From NCBI RefSeq assembly GCF_042660085.1, contig NZ_JBHSTI010000008.1, positions 1,080,001 to 1,112,000 of the forward strand: DNA of 32,000 nt, written 5' to 3'. Of this stretch, positions 18,617 through 27,381 are shown piece after piece. A model generated the notes under the pieces. That model saw nothing but the letters and a program-made list of their open reading frames with translations. It did no database searches and was not told the DNA's origin. Source of the stretch: Longivirga aurantiaca (GTDB lineage Bacteria > Actinomycetota > Actinomycetes > S36-B12 > CAIYMF01). The translations under genes and the position numbers were made by a program. Position 1 is the stretch's first letter. Every line of letters begins with the position of its first letter.

Positions 18617-19447
18617 TCAGCGCCAGACGTAGCCGCCGTAGCGGCTGGCAAGGTCGAGGTCGCCGGGCCGGATGGCGATCGGCCCGCCAGTCTTCGCCAG
18701 CGGGCCGAGTGTCGGCCGTGAGCCGTCGGCGCAGGGCACGCATCCGAGCCGCGACAGGAGGAGACCCCGGTGGACTTTCCAGAGCAGCGCGGCGTGGATC
18801 GACGCCGACACCCAGGGACCACCGCGCATCGTGCACAGCGCGTCGGGCTCGTCGTCGATCCGCATTGGACAGGTGGGCGGTGACGCCACGTCCTCGCGCA
18901 AGGCGATGCCGCCCCGCAGTCCGGGCAGGATCCCGGTCGGGACGATGGTCAGTGTGGTGGGGGACAGGGCGGTGATGGCCGGCTGCCAGTAGTCACGGGC
19001 GATCTCGAGGATCGCCTCTTCGCGGATGCCGGTCACAACGAGGGCGTCCTCGACCCAGGACCGGTCCGGAGGTGTTGTCGCGGCCACGCCTTCGATCGAT
19101 GCGCCCTGCTCGGCCAGCTCGCTCCGGAGGCGCTCGTTCAACCTCTCGTTCTCCGAGAGCGATCGGCGGTTACCCAGTGGGTTCCAGGCCGTGACCAGCC
19201 AGTGGTCGGCGGGCGCCGCAGCCTCGATCTCCTCGGGTGTGAGCGGGCGCTCGACGGAGGCGCGCGTCACGACGTTGCCGACCTCTGTCCGCCACGTGTG
19301 CTGCTGGATCAGATACGACTCGATCACGCTCGTGTTGGGCCGCTGCCGCACGCTCCGACCTTCGGGTCGGCCGAGGCCTTCAGGCTCGACGTACGGCACA
19401 AGGGCGTCGTGGGCGCGCTGGATCTCGGGATCGGTCATGTCGGTCAT
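18617..19447 (-). CDS. DUF3293-family protein with a C-terminal extension (about 276 aa)
   Basis: Trimmed ORF MTDMTDPEIQRAHDAL...; DHWLVTAWNPLGNRRSLSENERLNERLRSELAEQGASIEGVA...DRSWVEDALVVTGI is the DUF3293 pattern. Confidence 0.7.
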   Translation of the reverse strand: MTDMTDPEIQRAHDALVPYVEPEGLGRPEGRSVRQRPNTSVIESYLIQQHTWRTEVGNVVTRASVERPLTPEEIEAAAPADHWLVTAWNPLGNRRSLSENERLNERLRSELAEQGASIEGVAATTPPDRSWVEDALVVTGIREEAILEIARDYWQPAITALSPTTLTIVPTGILPGLRGGIALREDVASPPTCPMRIDDEPDALCTMRGGPWVSASIHAALLWKVHRGLLLSRLGCVPCADGSRPTLGPLAKTGGPIAIRPGDLDLASRYGGYVWR

Positions 19448-19460
19448 GGGGGCCCCCTCG

Positions 19461-19577
19461 TCGCTTCCGCCCATCGGTCGAGGGGCGGCGGATCTTCCTC
19501 CGGGGGCACCGTGCGACGAGCTGCGCGGTTGCCAGGCGACCAGCCGGAGGGCTTGTGGTCGCGCTTCTTGATCTGGG
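19461..19577. repeat. Direct repeat copy A (partner 26312-26430)
   Basis: Core CGGTCGAGG-GGCGGC-GATCTTCCTCCGGGGGCACCGTGCGACGAG..GCGCGGTTGCCAGGCG-CCAGCCGGAGGGCTTGTGG-CGCGCTTC-TGATCTGGG is shared with copy B in the same orientation, roughly nine positions in ten identical by eye. Confidence 0.85.
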
Positions 19578-19585
19578 TGAACTGT

Positions 19586-20512
19586 ATGCCGGACCACCGA
19601 CAACGCGTCTGGCACAGTGGCCGTGTGGGGGTTGATCCGGTCGAGCGGCTGCTCGCGCTGCAGCAGTACCGGCACAACGGGGCCCGGGTGCCGCACAAGC
19701 CGCTGCTCGTTCTGCTGGCGCTCCAGAAGCTTGCGACGACGGGCTCGAGCGACCTCGCCTGGAGCGAGGCCGAGGACCGTCTTGCCGGACTGATCGCGGA
19801 GTTCGGCCCCACGACGAAGACGAGTCGGCCTCAGAGCGCGGCCTACCCGTTCACGCGACTCCGCGCGGACGGCGTGTGGGCGTTGTCAGTTGATGTGCCC
19901 GACGACCTAGTCACGCCACTGCGCGAGACCGACGTCCACGGCCGGCTCGATCCGGCGATCGACGCGGCGCTCATCCAGGACCCTCGACGGCTGGAGGGAG
20001 TAGTGCGCAGCCTGGTCGACGCTCAGTTCCCCAGCACGATCGCGCCCGACGTTCTGCTGGCTGTCGGGTTCGACCCGGAGCTGCTCGCACCGGGCTTGGC
20101 CGCGGTGACGCCGGAGGAGCGCAAGCGCAGCGTTGCTTGGCGAGACGCGATCGTGCGCGCCTGGGACGGCGCCTGCGCCTTCTGCGGCTATGACGGATCG
20201 CTGGGCGGAGCGCCGGTCGGGATCGAGGCCGCCCATGTGCGCTGGTTCAAGGTCGGCGGCCCCGACGAGCTCGACAACGGGCTCGCGCTCTGCTCCTTGC
20301 ACCACAAACTCTTCGACCGCGGCGCCCTCGGGCTGTCACCGGATGCGCGGGTGCAGGTGTCGGAGCACTTCCGGGCATCTGGTGTTGGCAAGCAGGTCTA
20401 CGACCTTCACGGCCGGGAGCTCCGGCCGCGGCCGGGCGCTCAGTTGCCCGCGCCGGTCCACGTCGAGTGGCACCGCACCCAGGTCTTCAGGGGCGATCCG
20501 CTCGCTGCCTGA
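19586..20512 (+). CDS. Phosphorothioated-DNA-binding (SBD-HNH, SprMcrA-type) restriction endonuclease (about 308 aa)
   Basis: SBD-like region VPHKPLLVLLALQKLATTG...EAEDRLAGLIAEFGP...AAYPFTRLRADGVWALS, then HNH CAFCGYDG...GIEAAHVRWFKVGGPDELDNGLALCSLHHKLFDRGALGLS. Confidence 0.85.
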   Translation: MPDHRQRVWHSGRVGVDPVERLLALQQYRHNGARVPHKPLLVLLALQKLATTGSSDLAWSEAEDRLAGLIAEFGPTTKTSRPQSAAYPFTRLRADGVWALSVDVPDDLVTPLRETDVHGRLDPAIDAALIQDPRRLEGVVRSLVDAQFPSTIAPDVLLAVGFDPELLAPGLAAVTPEERKRSVAWRDAIVRAWDGACAFCGYDGSLGGAPVGIEAAHVRWFKVGGPDELDNGLALCSLHHKLFDRGALGLSPDARVQVSEHFRASGVGKQVYDLHGRELRPRPGAQLPAPVHVEWHRTQVFRGDPLAA

Positions 20513-20626
20513 TCCCGTGCTGTGGGCACCGTCGGCTACGGTGCTGGAGTCAGGTCTGTGGGGGTCTAAGGGGGCTTGTGTGGACGGCGAAGTCGAGCTG
20601 GTCCGAGACGGGGACGGCCTCCCGTC

Positions 20627-21832
20627 ATGGGCGACCCTGCGGCCGTCGACGCGTTCCTGGCCTCGGAGGGGCTTACGGGCCTCGACCTAGGACTGCCGCG
20701 CCTTCGGTCTGTCATGAACGCCGGCTCCACCGCAGCCCAGGCGGGCTCGCAGCTGGCCTCCGCATCCGGCCGGTGGGTGAAGCTGAGCAAGGAGTCTGCG
20801 AAGGCCATCGACCAGTACGGGCTGAGGCAGAGCTCGAAGAGCGGCCTGAGCACGGGAGTGCTCAGAGGGAAGTCCGGCCAGATCAAGGGCTTCGTGGAGT
20901 TCGCCAAGACCCCGGGGGCTGCTCTCGCCAACCCGGCAGTGCTCGCGGGAGTCGGCGGGATCATGGCCCAGATGGCCATGCAGCAAGCCATGAACGAGAT
21001 CACCGACTACTTGGCCGTCATCGACGAGAAGGTCGATGACATCCTGCGCGCGCAGAAGGACGCTGTGATGTCGCGGATGATCGGTGTGGGTTTCGTGGTG
21101 GACGAGGCCATGGCGCTGCGTCAGCACCGCGGCCGAGTTGATGAGACGACGTGGTCCAAAGTGCAGGCCTCACCGGCCACCGTCGCCGAGACACAGGTGT
21201 ACGCACTGCGGCAGCTTGATGCCCTCGCCGAGAAGATGGAGCGTCACAGCAAGGTGGGCGATCTCGCCAAGATCGCCAAGGACGCAGAGTCTTCGGCCCA
21301 GGAATGGCTCGCAGTGCTTGCGCGCTGCGTCCAGCTGCAAGACGCCATCGCCATCCTCGAGCTCGACCGCGTTCTGGACGCCTCGCCTGACGAGCTCGAC
21401 GGCCACCGCATGGGTCTTCGGGCCGCCCGCGAAGATCGGCTGGCGCGGATCTCACGGACCACGCAGCAGCTGCTCGACCGGATGACTTCCGCGGCCGCCG
21501 TGGCCAACACGAAGGTGCTGCTCCACCCGACCACGGCTCCCGGGGTCGTCCATGCCACCAACCAGGTCGCCGACGCCGTGGTCGAGTTCGACCGTCGACT
21601 CGGGCTGGAGCACGAGCGTCAAGCGCTGGAGGCCCGAACGTGGACCGAGGCCGCCACCGACGCTCGGGACAAGGCCCTCGAGACGGGCGCGGACGGGTTC
21701 GACACCGCGAAGCGGCTGGGCGGCCAGTCCGTTGACCGTGTCAAGTCCGTGTCGGGTGGTTTCACGAACCGCATCACCGATCGAGCGCGGCGGACGCGTT
21801 CGTCGGATGACGACGCGGCCGCCGAAGACTGA
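20627..21832 (+). CDS. Hypothetical alanine-rich, helical protein (about 401 aa)
   Basis: Trimmed ORF MGDPAAVDAFLASEGLTGLDLGLPRLRSV...; central ALANPAVLAGVGGIMAQMAMQQAMNEITDYLAVIDEKVDDILRAQKD, continuous plus-strand coding. Confidence 0.7.
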   Translation: MGDPAAVDAFLASEGLTGLDLGLPRLRSVMNAGSTAAQAGSQLASASGRWVKLSKESAKAIDQYGLRQSSKSGLSTGVLRGKSGQIKGFVEFAKTPGAALANPAVLAGVGGIMAQMAMQQAMNEITDYLAVIDEKVDDILRAQKDAVMSRMIGVGFVVDEAMALRQHRGRVDETTWSKVQASPATVAETQVYALRQLDALAEKMERHSKVGDLAKIAKDAESSAQEWLAVLARCVQLQDAIAILELDRVLDASPDELDGHRMGLRAAREDRLARISRTTQQLLDRMTSAAAVANTKVLLHPTTAPGVVHATNQVADAVVEFDRRLGLEHERQALEARTWTEAATDARDKALETGADGFDTAKRLGGQSVDRVKSVSGGFTNRITDRARRTRSSDDDAAAED

Positions 21833-21843
21833 GATCCCACCAC

Positions 21844-21869
21844 CAACTCCCACAGGCAGTGGGGGAGTC
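21844..21869 (+). terminator. Possible imperfect stem-loop downstream of the 401-aa gene
   Basis: ACTCCCAC-AGGCA-GTGGGGGAGT forms a bulged hairpin just after the stop codon; no clear T-tract. Confidence 0.25.
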
Positions 21870-22011
21870 TCGCTCAACCATCGATCGGGCTGGGGGCAAC
21901 CGTTTGCCGGGCAAGCTGCCCGACAGCGGATCGTGGACGGACACGCACGCCCAGATGCGGCCGTGAACGTCGCACCCCTGTGCCAGCATCGGTCCCGGAG
22001 GGGATGCACTG

Positions 22012-22992
22012 ATGAAGCAAGGGTTGGCGGATCGCGCCGCGGGCGCGCTGCTCGGGATGGCGGCCGGCGACGCGCTCGGTGCGGGCTACGAGTTCGGGCC
22101 TGCGCTGTCGGCTGCTACTGAGGTCGAGCTGATCGGCGGCGGCTCGTTCGGCTGGGCGCCGGGGGAGTGGACCGACGACACGCAGATGGCCGTGCCTCTG
22201 CTCGAAGCCGCGGAACGGGCTGCCACATCAGGTACCGCGCTGACGGACCACCTCGATCACGTCGCTCGTCGATGGGTCGACTGGGCGGTCACGGCGGCCG
22301 ACGTCGGCAACCAGACCCGCTCGGTGATCTCGACGGTTCGACACTCGGGCGACGTGTCGGCCGCGGCGCTGTCGCAGGCGTCGCACGCCCTGCACGCGTT
22401 GACCGGTCGCACCGCCGGCAACGGATCGCTGATGCGCACGGCCCCCGTCGCGCTGGCCTACCTCTCCGATCCCGCGGGTCTCGCTTCGGCAGCCCGAGAG
22501 GTCAGCTCTCTGACGCACTGGGACGACGACGCCGGCGACGCGTGCGTGCTCTGGTGCCTCGCGATCCGGCATGCGATGCTGCACGGCGCCTTCGACCTCG
22601 CGGGTGGGCTCGACGCCCTGCCCGAGGAACGGCGTACGACGTGGGCCGCGCGGATCGCAGAGGCCGAGAAGGCGCGGCCGCGGGACTTCCCGGAGAACGG
22701 CTGGGTCGTGCACGCACTTCAGGGGGCATGGTCGGCGATCACGACCACGAAGGTGCCGGACGGCGACCCGCCGCTGCACCTGCGGCTCGCGCTCGAGAAC
22801 GCCGTGCGCGGCGGGGGTGACACCGACACGGTCGCCGCGATCGCGGGGCAGCTGCTCGGTGCTCGCTGGGGTGCATCGGCCGTGCCGATGGGGTGGACCG
22901 CGAAGCTGCACGGGTGGCCGGGCCTCACCGGTCAGGCGCTCGCCGAACGCGGCGCAGCGCTGGCTGGCGGTGCATCGCGGCTCAGGGCCTGA
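22012..22992 (+). CDS. ADP-ribosylglycohydrolase (DraG/ADP-ribosyl-arginine hydrolase-like) family protein (326 aa)
   Basis: AAGALLGMAAGDALGAGYEFG, WAPGEWTDDTQMAVPLLEA, GNGSLMRTAPVALAYL, GGDTDTVAAIAGQLLGARWG are hallmark motifs. Confidence 0.93.
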   Translation: MKQGLADRAAGALLGMAAGDALGAGYEFGPALSAATEVELIGGGSFGWAPGEWTDDTQMAVPLLEAAERAATSGTALTDHLDHVARRWVDWAVTAADVGNQTRSVISTVRHSGDVSAAALSQASHALHALTGRTAGNGSLMRTAPVALAYLSDPAGLASAAREVSSLTHWDDDAGDACVLWCLAIRHAMLHGAFDLAGGLDALPEERRTTWAARIAEAEKARPRDFPENGWVVHALQGAWSAITTTKVPDGDPPLHLRLALENAVRGGGDTDTVAAIAGQLLGARWGASAVPMGWTAKLHGWPGLTGQALAERGAALAGGASRLRA

Positions 22993-23079
22993 TCGCCGTG
23001 GCCGCTGGTCTTCTGGTTGCAGAGAGTAGTCCGCCGCGCTGCGGGTAGCGTCGTGCTGTCGCCGATGGAGTGAGGGAAC

Positions 23080-24120
23080 GTGGGACTGAGCACGCCCAAC
23101 ATCACCGCCCTGGTCTGGACGGACGCGAAGGAGGTGCTGCCTCACGAGGCGCACGACTTCACGCCCTGGCTGGCGGGCAACCTCGACCTCCTGGGCGACG
23201 CGCTCGGACTGGACGAGATGGCGCTGGTCCAGACGGAGTGGAAGGTCGACTCGTTCGCCCTCGACATCCTTGCCCGCGGGCGTGATGCCGATGGCGAGGT
23301 CACGGTCGTCATCGAGAACCAATACGGGCAGACCGACCACCGGCATCTCGGTCAGATCCTCACGTACGCCGCGCATGCCGCCGCTGGCGGCCACCGGGTG
23401 CTCGCTGTGTGGATCACCGAAGAGGTAAGGCCCGCGCACCTCGCTGCGGTCGAGTTCGTGAACCGGGTGGCGGCCTCGGACGAGTCGTCGTTCGGCATGG
23501 TGCTGATGCGGGTGCGCTTCGCCCCGGCACCCTCCGGCTGGCACGTCGATTTCCAGGTCGACTCTGAGCCCAACACCTTCCTGGGATCCTCGACCACGAC
23601 CGGCGGTGGCGGCTCCACGGCCGGGGCGCGGGGGGCCTTCCTCGAAGCGGTGGTCGCGCAGGTGGATCCCGCGGTCGCCTCGGCCGGGGTCAAGAGGTCA
23701 GGCGGAATCAACCGGAAGCAGGGCGCTGCCATCTATCGATTCCCGCTGGGGGTCGAGCTGGGGAAGTACGCCACCATGCGCATCGTGATCGGAACGGACT
23801 TCACGAACACGGCGCTCTACATCCAGAGCAGGCCGACTGCGGAGGAGAACAGGGCCATAGCCGTCGTGGTCCGTGAGCACGCCGAACCCTGGATCGCCCA
23901 CTACGGCCTCCGAGTCGACGAGTGGTTCGGGAGCGCGGAGACGACCAAGCGCGAGCGGATCATCACGCACTTCGAGCACGGCTACCTCGACGGCCAGGCG
24001 GCCCAGATCGCCAAGGACGCGGCTACGGTGGTGAGTGCCTGGGCGCGTCTGCTCGCGGAGCATCCGCTGACGAACATCCTTGAGCAGGCCGCGCAGGTGA
24101 CGCCGAACGAATCGGTCTGA
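23080..24120 (+). CDS. DUF4268-like PD-(D/E)XK-type protein (346 aa)
   Basis: VDSFALDILARGRDADGEVTVVIENQYGQTDHRHLGQILTYAAHAAAGGHRVLAVWITEEVRPAH is the D...EN(Q)...DH.HLGQ.LTYA pattern. Confidence 0.78.
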   Translation: MGLSTPNITALVWTDAKEVLPHEAHDFTPWLAGNLDLLGDALGLDEMALVQTEWKVDSFALDILARGRDADGEVTVVIENQYGQTDHRHLGQILTYAAHAAAGGHRVLAVWITEEVRPAHLAAVEFVNRVAASDESSFGMVLMRVRFAPAPSGWHVDFQVDSEPNTFLGSSTTTGGGGSTAGARGAFLEAVVAQVDPAVASAGVKRSGGINRKQGAAIYRFPLGVELGKYATMRIVIGTDFTNTALYIQSRPTAEENRAIAVVVREHAEPWIAHYGLRVDEWFGSAETTKRERIITHFEHGYLDGQAAQIAKDAATVVSAWARLLAEHPLTNILEQAAQVTPNESV

Positions 24121-24136
24121 CCGGCTTCGTTCGCCG

Positions 24137-24487
24137 TCACGAGCACCAGGTGGTCGATCGCCGAGCCACGTCGTACACCTGCTCGACCTGAGCGGTCGTC
24201 ATCAGGACGGTCGAGCGCTTGAAAGCCCTGGGCACGTCCATGCGGTCGAGGATGCCGACGTCGTCCGGCCTGCCCTTGATCGTGACGTCCGGGATGAGCG
24301 CACCGGTCGTGAAGATGAGGACCGGCTTCACGAAGACGGGGAAGCCGACGGCGGTAGTCAGGAGCTTCGTCGCGCGTTCGCCCTCGAAGCGGGAGTTGCG
24401 CAGGTAGTCGGTCCGGTGCCCGTTGACGAGGATCGCGTTCTTGCTGACCCAGACCTTCTTGCCGGGCGCAGAAGGAAACGGGGATCA
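24137..24487 (-). pseudogene. Truncated C-terminal part of a NERD-type (nuclease-related domain) protein
   Basis: Minus-strand frame reads GKKVWVSKNAILVNGHRTDYLRNSRFEGERATKLLTTAVGFPVFVKPVLIF...VEQVYDVARRSTTWCS*, resembling C-termini of NERD proteins. The frame runs up to the DUF4352 gene start with no N-terminal part. Confidence 0.6.
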
Positions 24488-24488
24488 C

Positions 24489-25223
24489 ATGAGTGAGCAG
24501 CCTCCGACCTATGCGGTCGGACAGGAAGTCAATGGATACCGCTGGACCGGGACTGAGTGGGAGCCTGTGGCGCCCGCGGCGGCACCGGTCCTGACGGCGC
24601 CTACCGCGCAGCCCGAGGCCCGCGCGAAGAAGCCGATCTGGAAGCGCTGGTGGTTCTGGGTTCTCGCCGTACTGCTGCTGTTCATCATCGCCGGTGCGCT
24701 GGGTGGCGGAGGTGGTGACAAGGCAGCGACGACCACTCCGTCGTCCACGCCGACGTCGTCTAGCCCCGACTCGGCGAGCGAGGAGCCGACCGAGTCCGAG
24801 CCGGCCGAGGAGCCGGTCGACGCTCTGCCCGGCCTGAAGACCGCAGTGGCGGACGGCAAGTTCGAGTTCACCGCGACAAGCCTCAAGTGCGGCGTGAAGT
24901 CGGTCGGAAACGAGATCCTGGGCACGAAGGCGCAGGGTCAGTTCTGCCTCATCGGCATCACCGTGAAGAACATCGGTGACGAGGCGCAGATCCTGTTCGA
25001 CAGCAACCAGGTCGTGTTCGACAAGGACGGCAAGAAGTACGAGTCCGACACTGAGGCGGCGATCTACGCCAACGAGGACTCCAGCGTCTTCATCGAGGAG
25101 ATCAACCCCGGCAACTCGGTCAAGGGGATCCTCGTCTTCGACGTTCCCAAGACCGTGAAGCCGACGCTCATCGAGTTCCACGACTCCGCCTTCAGCGGCG
25201 GCGTGCAGGTCTCGCTCTCCTGA
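24489..25223 (+). CDS. Single-pass membrane protein with DUF4352 (telokin-like) domain (about 244 aa)
   Basis: Trimmed ORF MSEQPPTYAVG...; TM segment WFWVLAVLLLFIIAGAL, low-complexity Ser/Thr/Glu linker, FCLIGITVKNIGDEAQILFDSNQVVFDKDGKKYESDTEA...INPGNSVKGILVFDVP. Confidence 0.85.
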   Translation: MSEQPPTYAVGQEVNGYRWTGTEWEPVAPAAAPVLTAPTAQPEARAKKPIWKRWWFWVLAVLLLFIIAGALGGGGGDKAATTTPSSTPTSSSPDSASEEPTESEPAEEPVDALPGLKTAVADGKFEFTATSLKCGVKSVGNEILGTKAQGQFCLIGITVKNIGDEAQILFDSNQVVFDKDGKKYESDTEAAIYANEDSSVFIEEINPGNSVKGILVFDVPKTVKPTLIEFHDSAFSGGVQVSLS

Positions 25224-25418
25224 TCGGAAGGCGCTAACGGCGAAGGCCCTGTCACCGTGTGGTGGCAGGGCCTTCCGCATGCACACGAGACCTTCTCGGA
25301 CCCGGCGTCCGCCCCGACCTCCACCTGCGTGCCCTGTTCCAAGCGACGTGTCTCGCAGGCCGGAGCCTGCCGGGCTTCCTGTCCGGCCTAGAGGATGCGG
25401 ACGTGACACGCTGCTCCC

Positions 25419-26183
25419 GTGCGAAGCCTGGGGCTCGACCTTGCCGCTGATCCAGTCAATACGGCGCTATGCGCCATCGACTGGGCAACGGGGGAGATTC
25501 AGGTCGCCGTCGGCCCGGTGACGGACGAGCACATCGTCGGGGCTGTGGGGGACTCGGACGTGCTCGGCGTCGATGCGCCTCTCGGTTGGCCACAGGACTT
25601 CGTCGAGGCAATCACCAGCCACCACGAGCTGGGTGCATGGCGCTTTCCTGAGGCCGATTCGCCGGCTGCTCGTCGTTCGTTGAGGTTTCGCGCTACCGAC
25701 CTGGCCTTGATGGCAGAGGGGCATCGACCGCTCAGCGTCGCGTCAGACCTCATCGGAGTGGTCGCACTCCGAGCCGCCAGGCTCCAGCACCTCTTGGCTG
25801 CGAACGGGCGTGAGGTCGACCGCACTGGAACGACGGGGCACCTCGTCGAGACGTATCCAGCGGCGGCGCTGAGTTCTTGGGGGCTCCGGTCCACGAGCTA
25901 CAAGGGAGCCAAGAACCGGGATGCTCTCGCGGGGATTGCCGCTCTGATGGTGGAGAGCGTCGGCCCCGTCCTTCCCGGAGCAGCCGACGTGCTCCGGGGT
26001 CGCAGCGATCACGTCGTGGACGCGTTCGTCTGTGCCCTTGTGGCTGCCGCGGCCCGCGTGGGGTTGACCCAGCCACCCCACCGAGATCAATGGGAACTGG
26101 CCCGGACAGAGGGGTGGATCCACGTGCCGACGGCGACTGCGGGCGACGTGGCCCGGGCCGCATCGCGACAACTTGCGAGTTAG
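25419..26183 (+). CDS. DUF429-family (predicted RNase H-fold nuclease) protein (254 aa)
   Basis: LGLDLAADPVNTALCAIDW, VLGVDAPLGWPQDFVEAI, RFRATDLAL, ETYPAAALSSWGL, SDHVVDAFVCALVAAAA. Confidence 0.85.
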   Translation: MRSLGLDLAADPVNTALCAIDWATGEIQVAVGPVTDEHIVGAVGDSDVLGVDAPLGWPQDFVEAITSHHELGAWRFPEADSPAARRSLRFRATDLALMAEGHRPLSVASDLIGVVALRAARLQHLLAANGREVDRTGTTGHLVETYPAAALSSWGLRSTSYKGAKNRDALAGIAALMVESVGPVLPGAADVLRGRSDHVVDAFVCALVAAAARVGLTQPPHRDQWELARTEGWIHVPTATAGDVARAASRQLAS

Positions 26184-26311
26184 CGTCTTCCCTGGTCACC
26201 GGTCGGGGCCTGGTTCGCAGCGGCGCCGGTCGTACAACTCTCGTCCAGCGCTGCGGCTCGCAGTCGCACCAGCCCTCGTCCGTCACGTGACCCATGCCGA
26301 CTCCGTCCGCG

Positions 26312-26430
26312 TCGCTTCCGCCCCCGTCGGTCGAGGGGGCGGCTGATCTTCCTCCGGGGGCACCGTGCGACGAGTCGCGCGGTTGCCAGGCGGCCAGCCG
26401 GAGGGCTTGTGGCCGCGCTTCGTGATCTGG
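26312..26430. repeat. Direct repeat copy B (partner 19461-19577)
   Basis: Same-orientation near-identical match to copy A, including CTTCCTCCGGGGGCACCGTGCGACGAG and CCAGCCGGAGGGCTTGTGG. Confidence 0.85.
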
Positions 26431-26576
26431 GCCGGACACAAGCCGCAGCATCCGACAACCCGGTGCCGGGCGAGGAGCAGGGATACGTCGATGTCCTTGC
26501 CCCGATGTCTCGAGCCTGGTCGGTCGGCTGTGCCGGCATCAGGATCGGAGGGAACGCACCGATGGGGGATGGGATC

Positions 26577-26655
26577 GCGGATCGCTGAGGCCGAGGCGGC
26601 CCGGTCGCGGGACTTCCCGGAGAACGGCTCGATGGTTCATGCGCTGCGCTGGCGG
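26577..26655 (+). pseudogene. Short fragment of an ADP-ribosylglycohydrolase gene
   Basis: Encodes RIAEAEAARSRDFPENGSMVHAL, matching RIAEAEKARPRDFPENGWVVHAL of the intact gene at about 22651-22719 (19 of 23 residues). Confidence 0.75.
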
Positions 26656-26657
26656 CT

Positions 26658-27113
26658 TCATGAACCCGGGCGACCGCCGCGTGACGACTGTCGTCGGATC
26701 GCGACAGTTGCGGCGACCTGCTCGGTGATCGCCTCAGGCTCCTCGTGCTCCCAGAAGCGCAGGACCGTCCAGCCCTCTGCCTCGAGCCGGCTGGTGGTGT
26801 CCGCATCACGCTGCGCGTTGCGAGCCAGCTTGGGAGTCCAGTAGCTCTCGTTCGACTTGGGGGAGGTGCCGTGCTCCGGGCACGAGTGCCAGAAGCAGCC
26901 GTCGATGAAGACCGCGATCCTCAGCCGGGGGAACACGACGTCGGCCCGACGACGCCGATCGAAAGGGAGCGGGTAGTCCACCGAGTAGCGCAGACCGCTG
27001 GCGTGCAGCCGCTTGCGTACCGCCATCTCCGGCCCGGTGTCGCGACGGCGGTTGCCCAGCATCGAGCGCCGGACCGCGGGGCTGCTGGCCCAGGAGTCGG
27101 CGTCCGTCGTCAT
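26658..27113 (-). CDS. vsr: Very short patch repair (Vsr) endonuclease (about 151 aa)
   Basis: SMLGNRRRDTGPEMAVRKRLHASGLRYSVDYPLPFDRRRRADVVFPRLRIAVFIDGCFWHSCPEHGTSPKSNESYWTPKLARNAQRDADTTSRLEAEGWTVLRFWEHE is diagnostic. Confidence 0.93.
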   Translation of the reverse strand: MTTDADSWASSPAVRRSMLGNRRRDTGPEMAVRKRLHASGLRYSVDYPLPFDRRRRADVVFPRLRIAVFIDGCFWHSCPEHGTSPKSNESYWTPKLARNAQRDADTTSRLEAEGWTVLRFWEHEEPEAITEQVAATVAIRRQSSRGGRPGS

Positions 27114-27381
27114 AGACCAAGGATCGCACCGGGCGCCGCCCGGGTGCCGGCCGACCGCTGCGGTATCGACGACGAGCCCGCTCGCGAGGGTCCACGCCAC
27201 GTCGTGCAGCCGCCTCGCTGCACGCGCTGACCGCGGCCTGATCGTCGTCATCGGCCCCGGGCCCGACGACCGTGCAACCGCGCGACATCCAGCGCGCTGC
27301 CGAGCAGCTTCGCGAACGGCGTGCTGCAGATGCCGGTGCGCGTGACCACACGCCGGTGGTCACGCGCACAAGCAGCGGGCT

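Noticed and set aside
22228-23544. 438-aa minus-strand ORF opposite the ADP-ribosylglycohydrolase and DUF4268-like genes
   Set aside because: Shadow ORF; spans two well-supported plus-strand genes and their intergenic gap.
23982-25409. 475-aa minus-strand ORF opposite DUF4352
   Set aside because: Antisense of a gene with TM segment and DUF4352 motifs; low-complexity Arg/Gly/Arg text.
27114-27380. Possible remnant of a cytosine methyltransferase upstream of vsr
   Set aside because: Only a weak string (STPFAKLLGSALD) vaguely resembled an MTase C-terminus; not enough to call.
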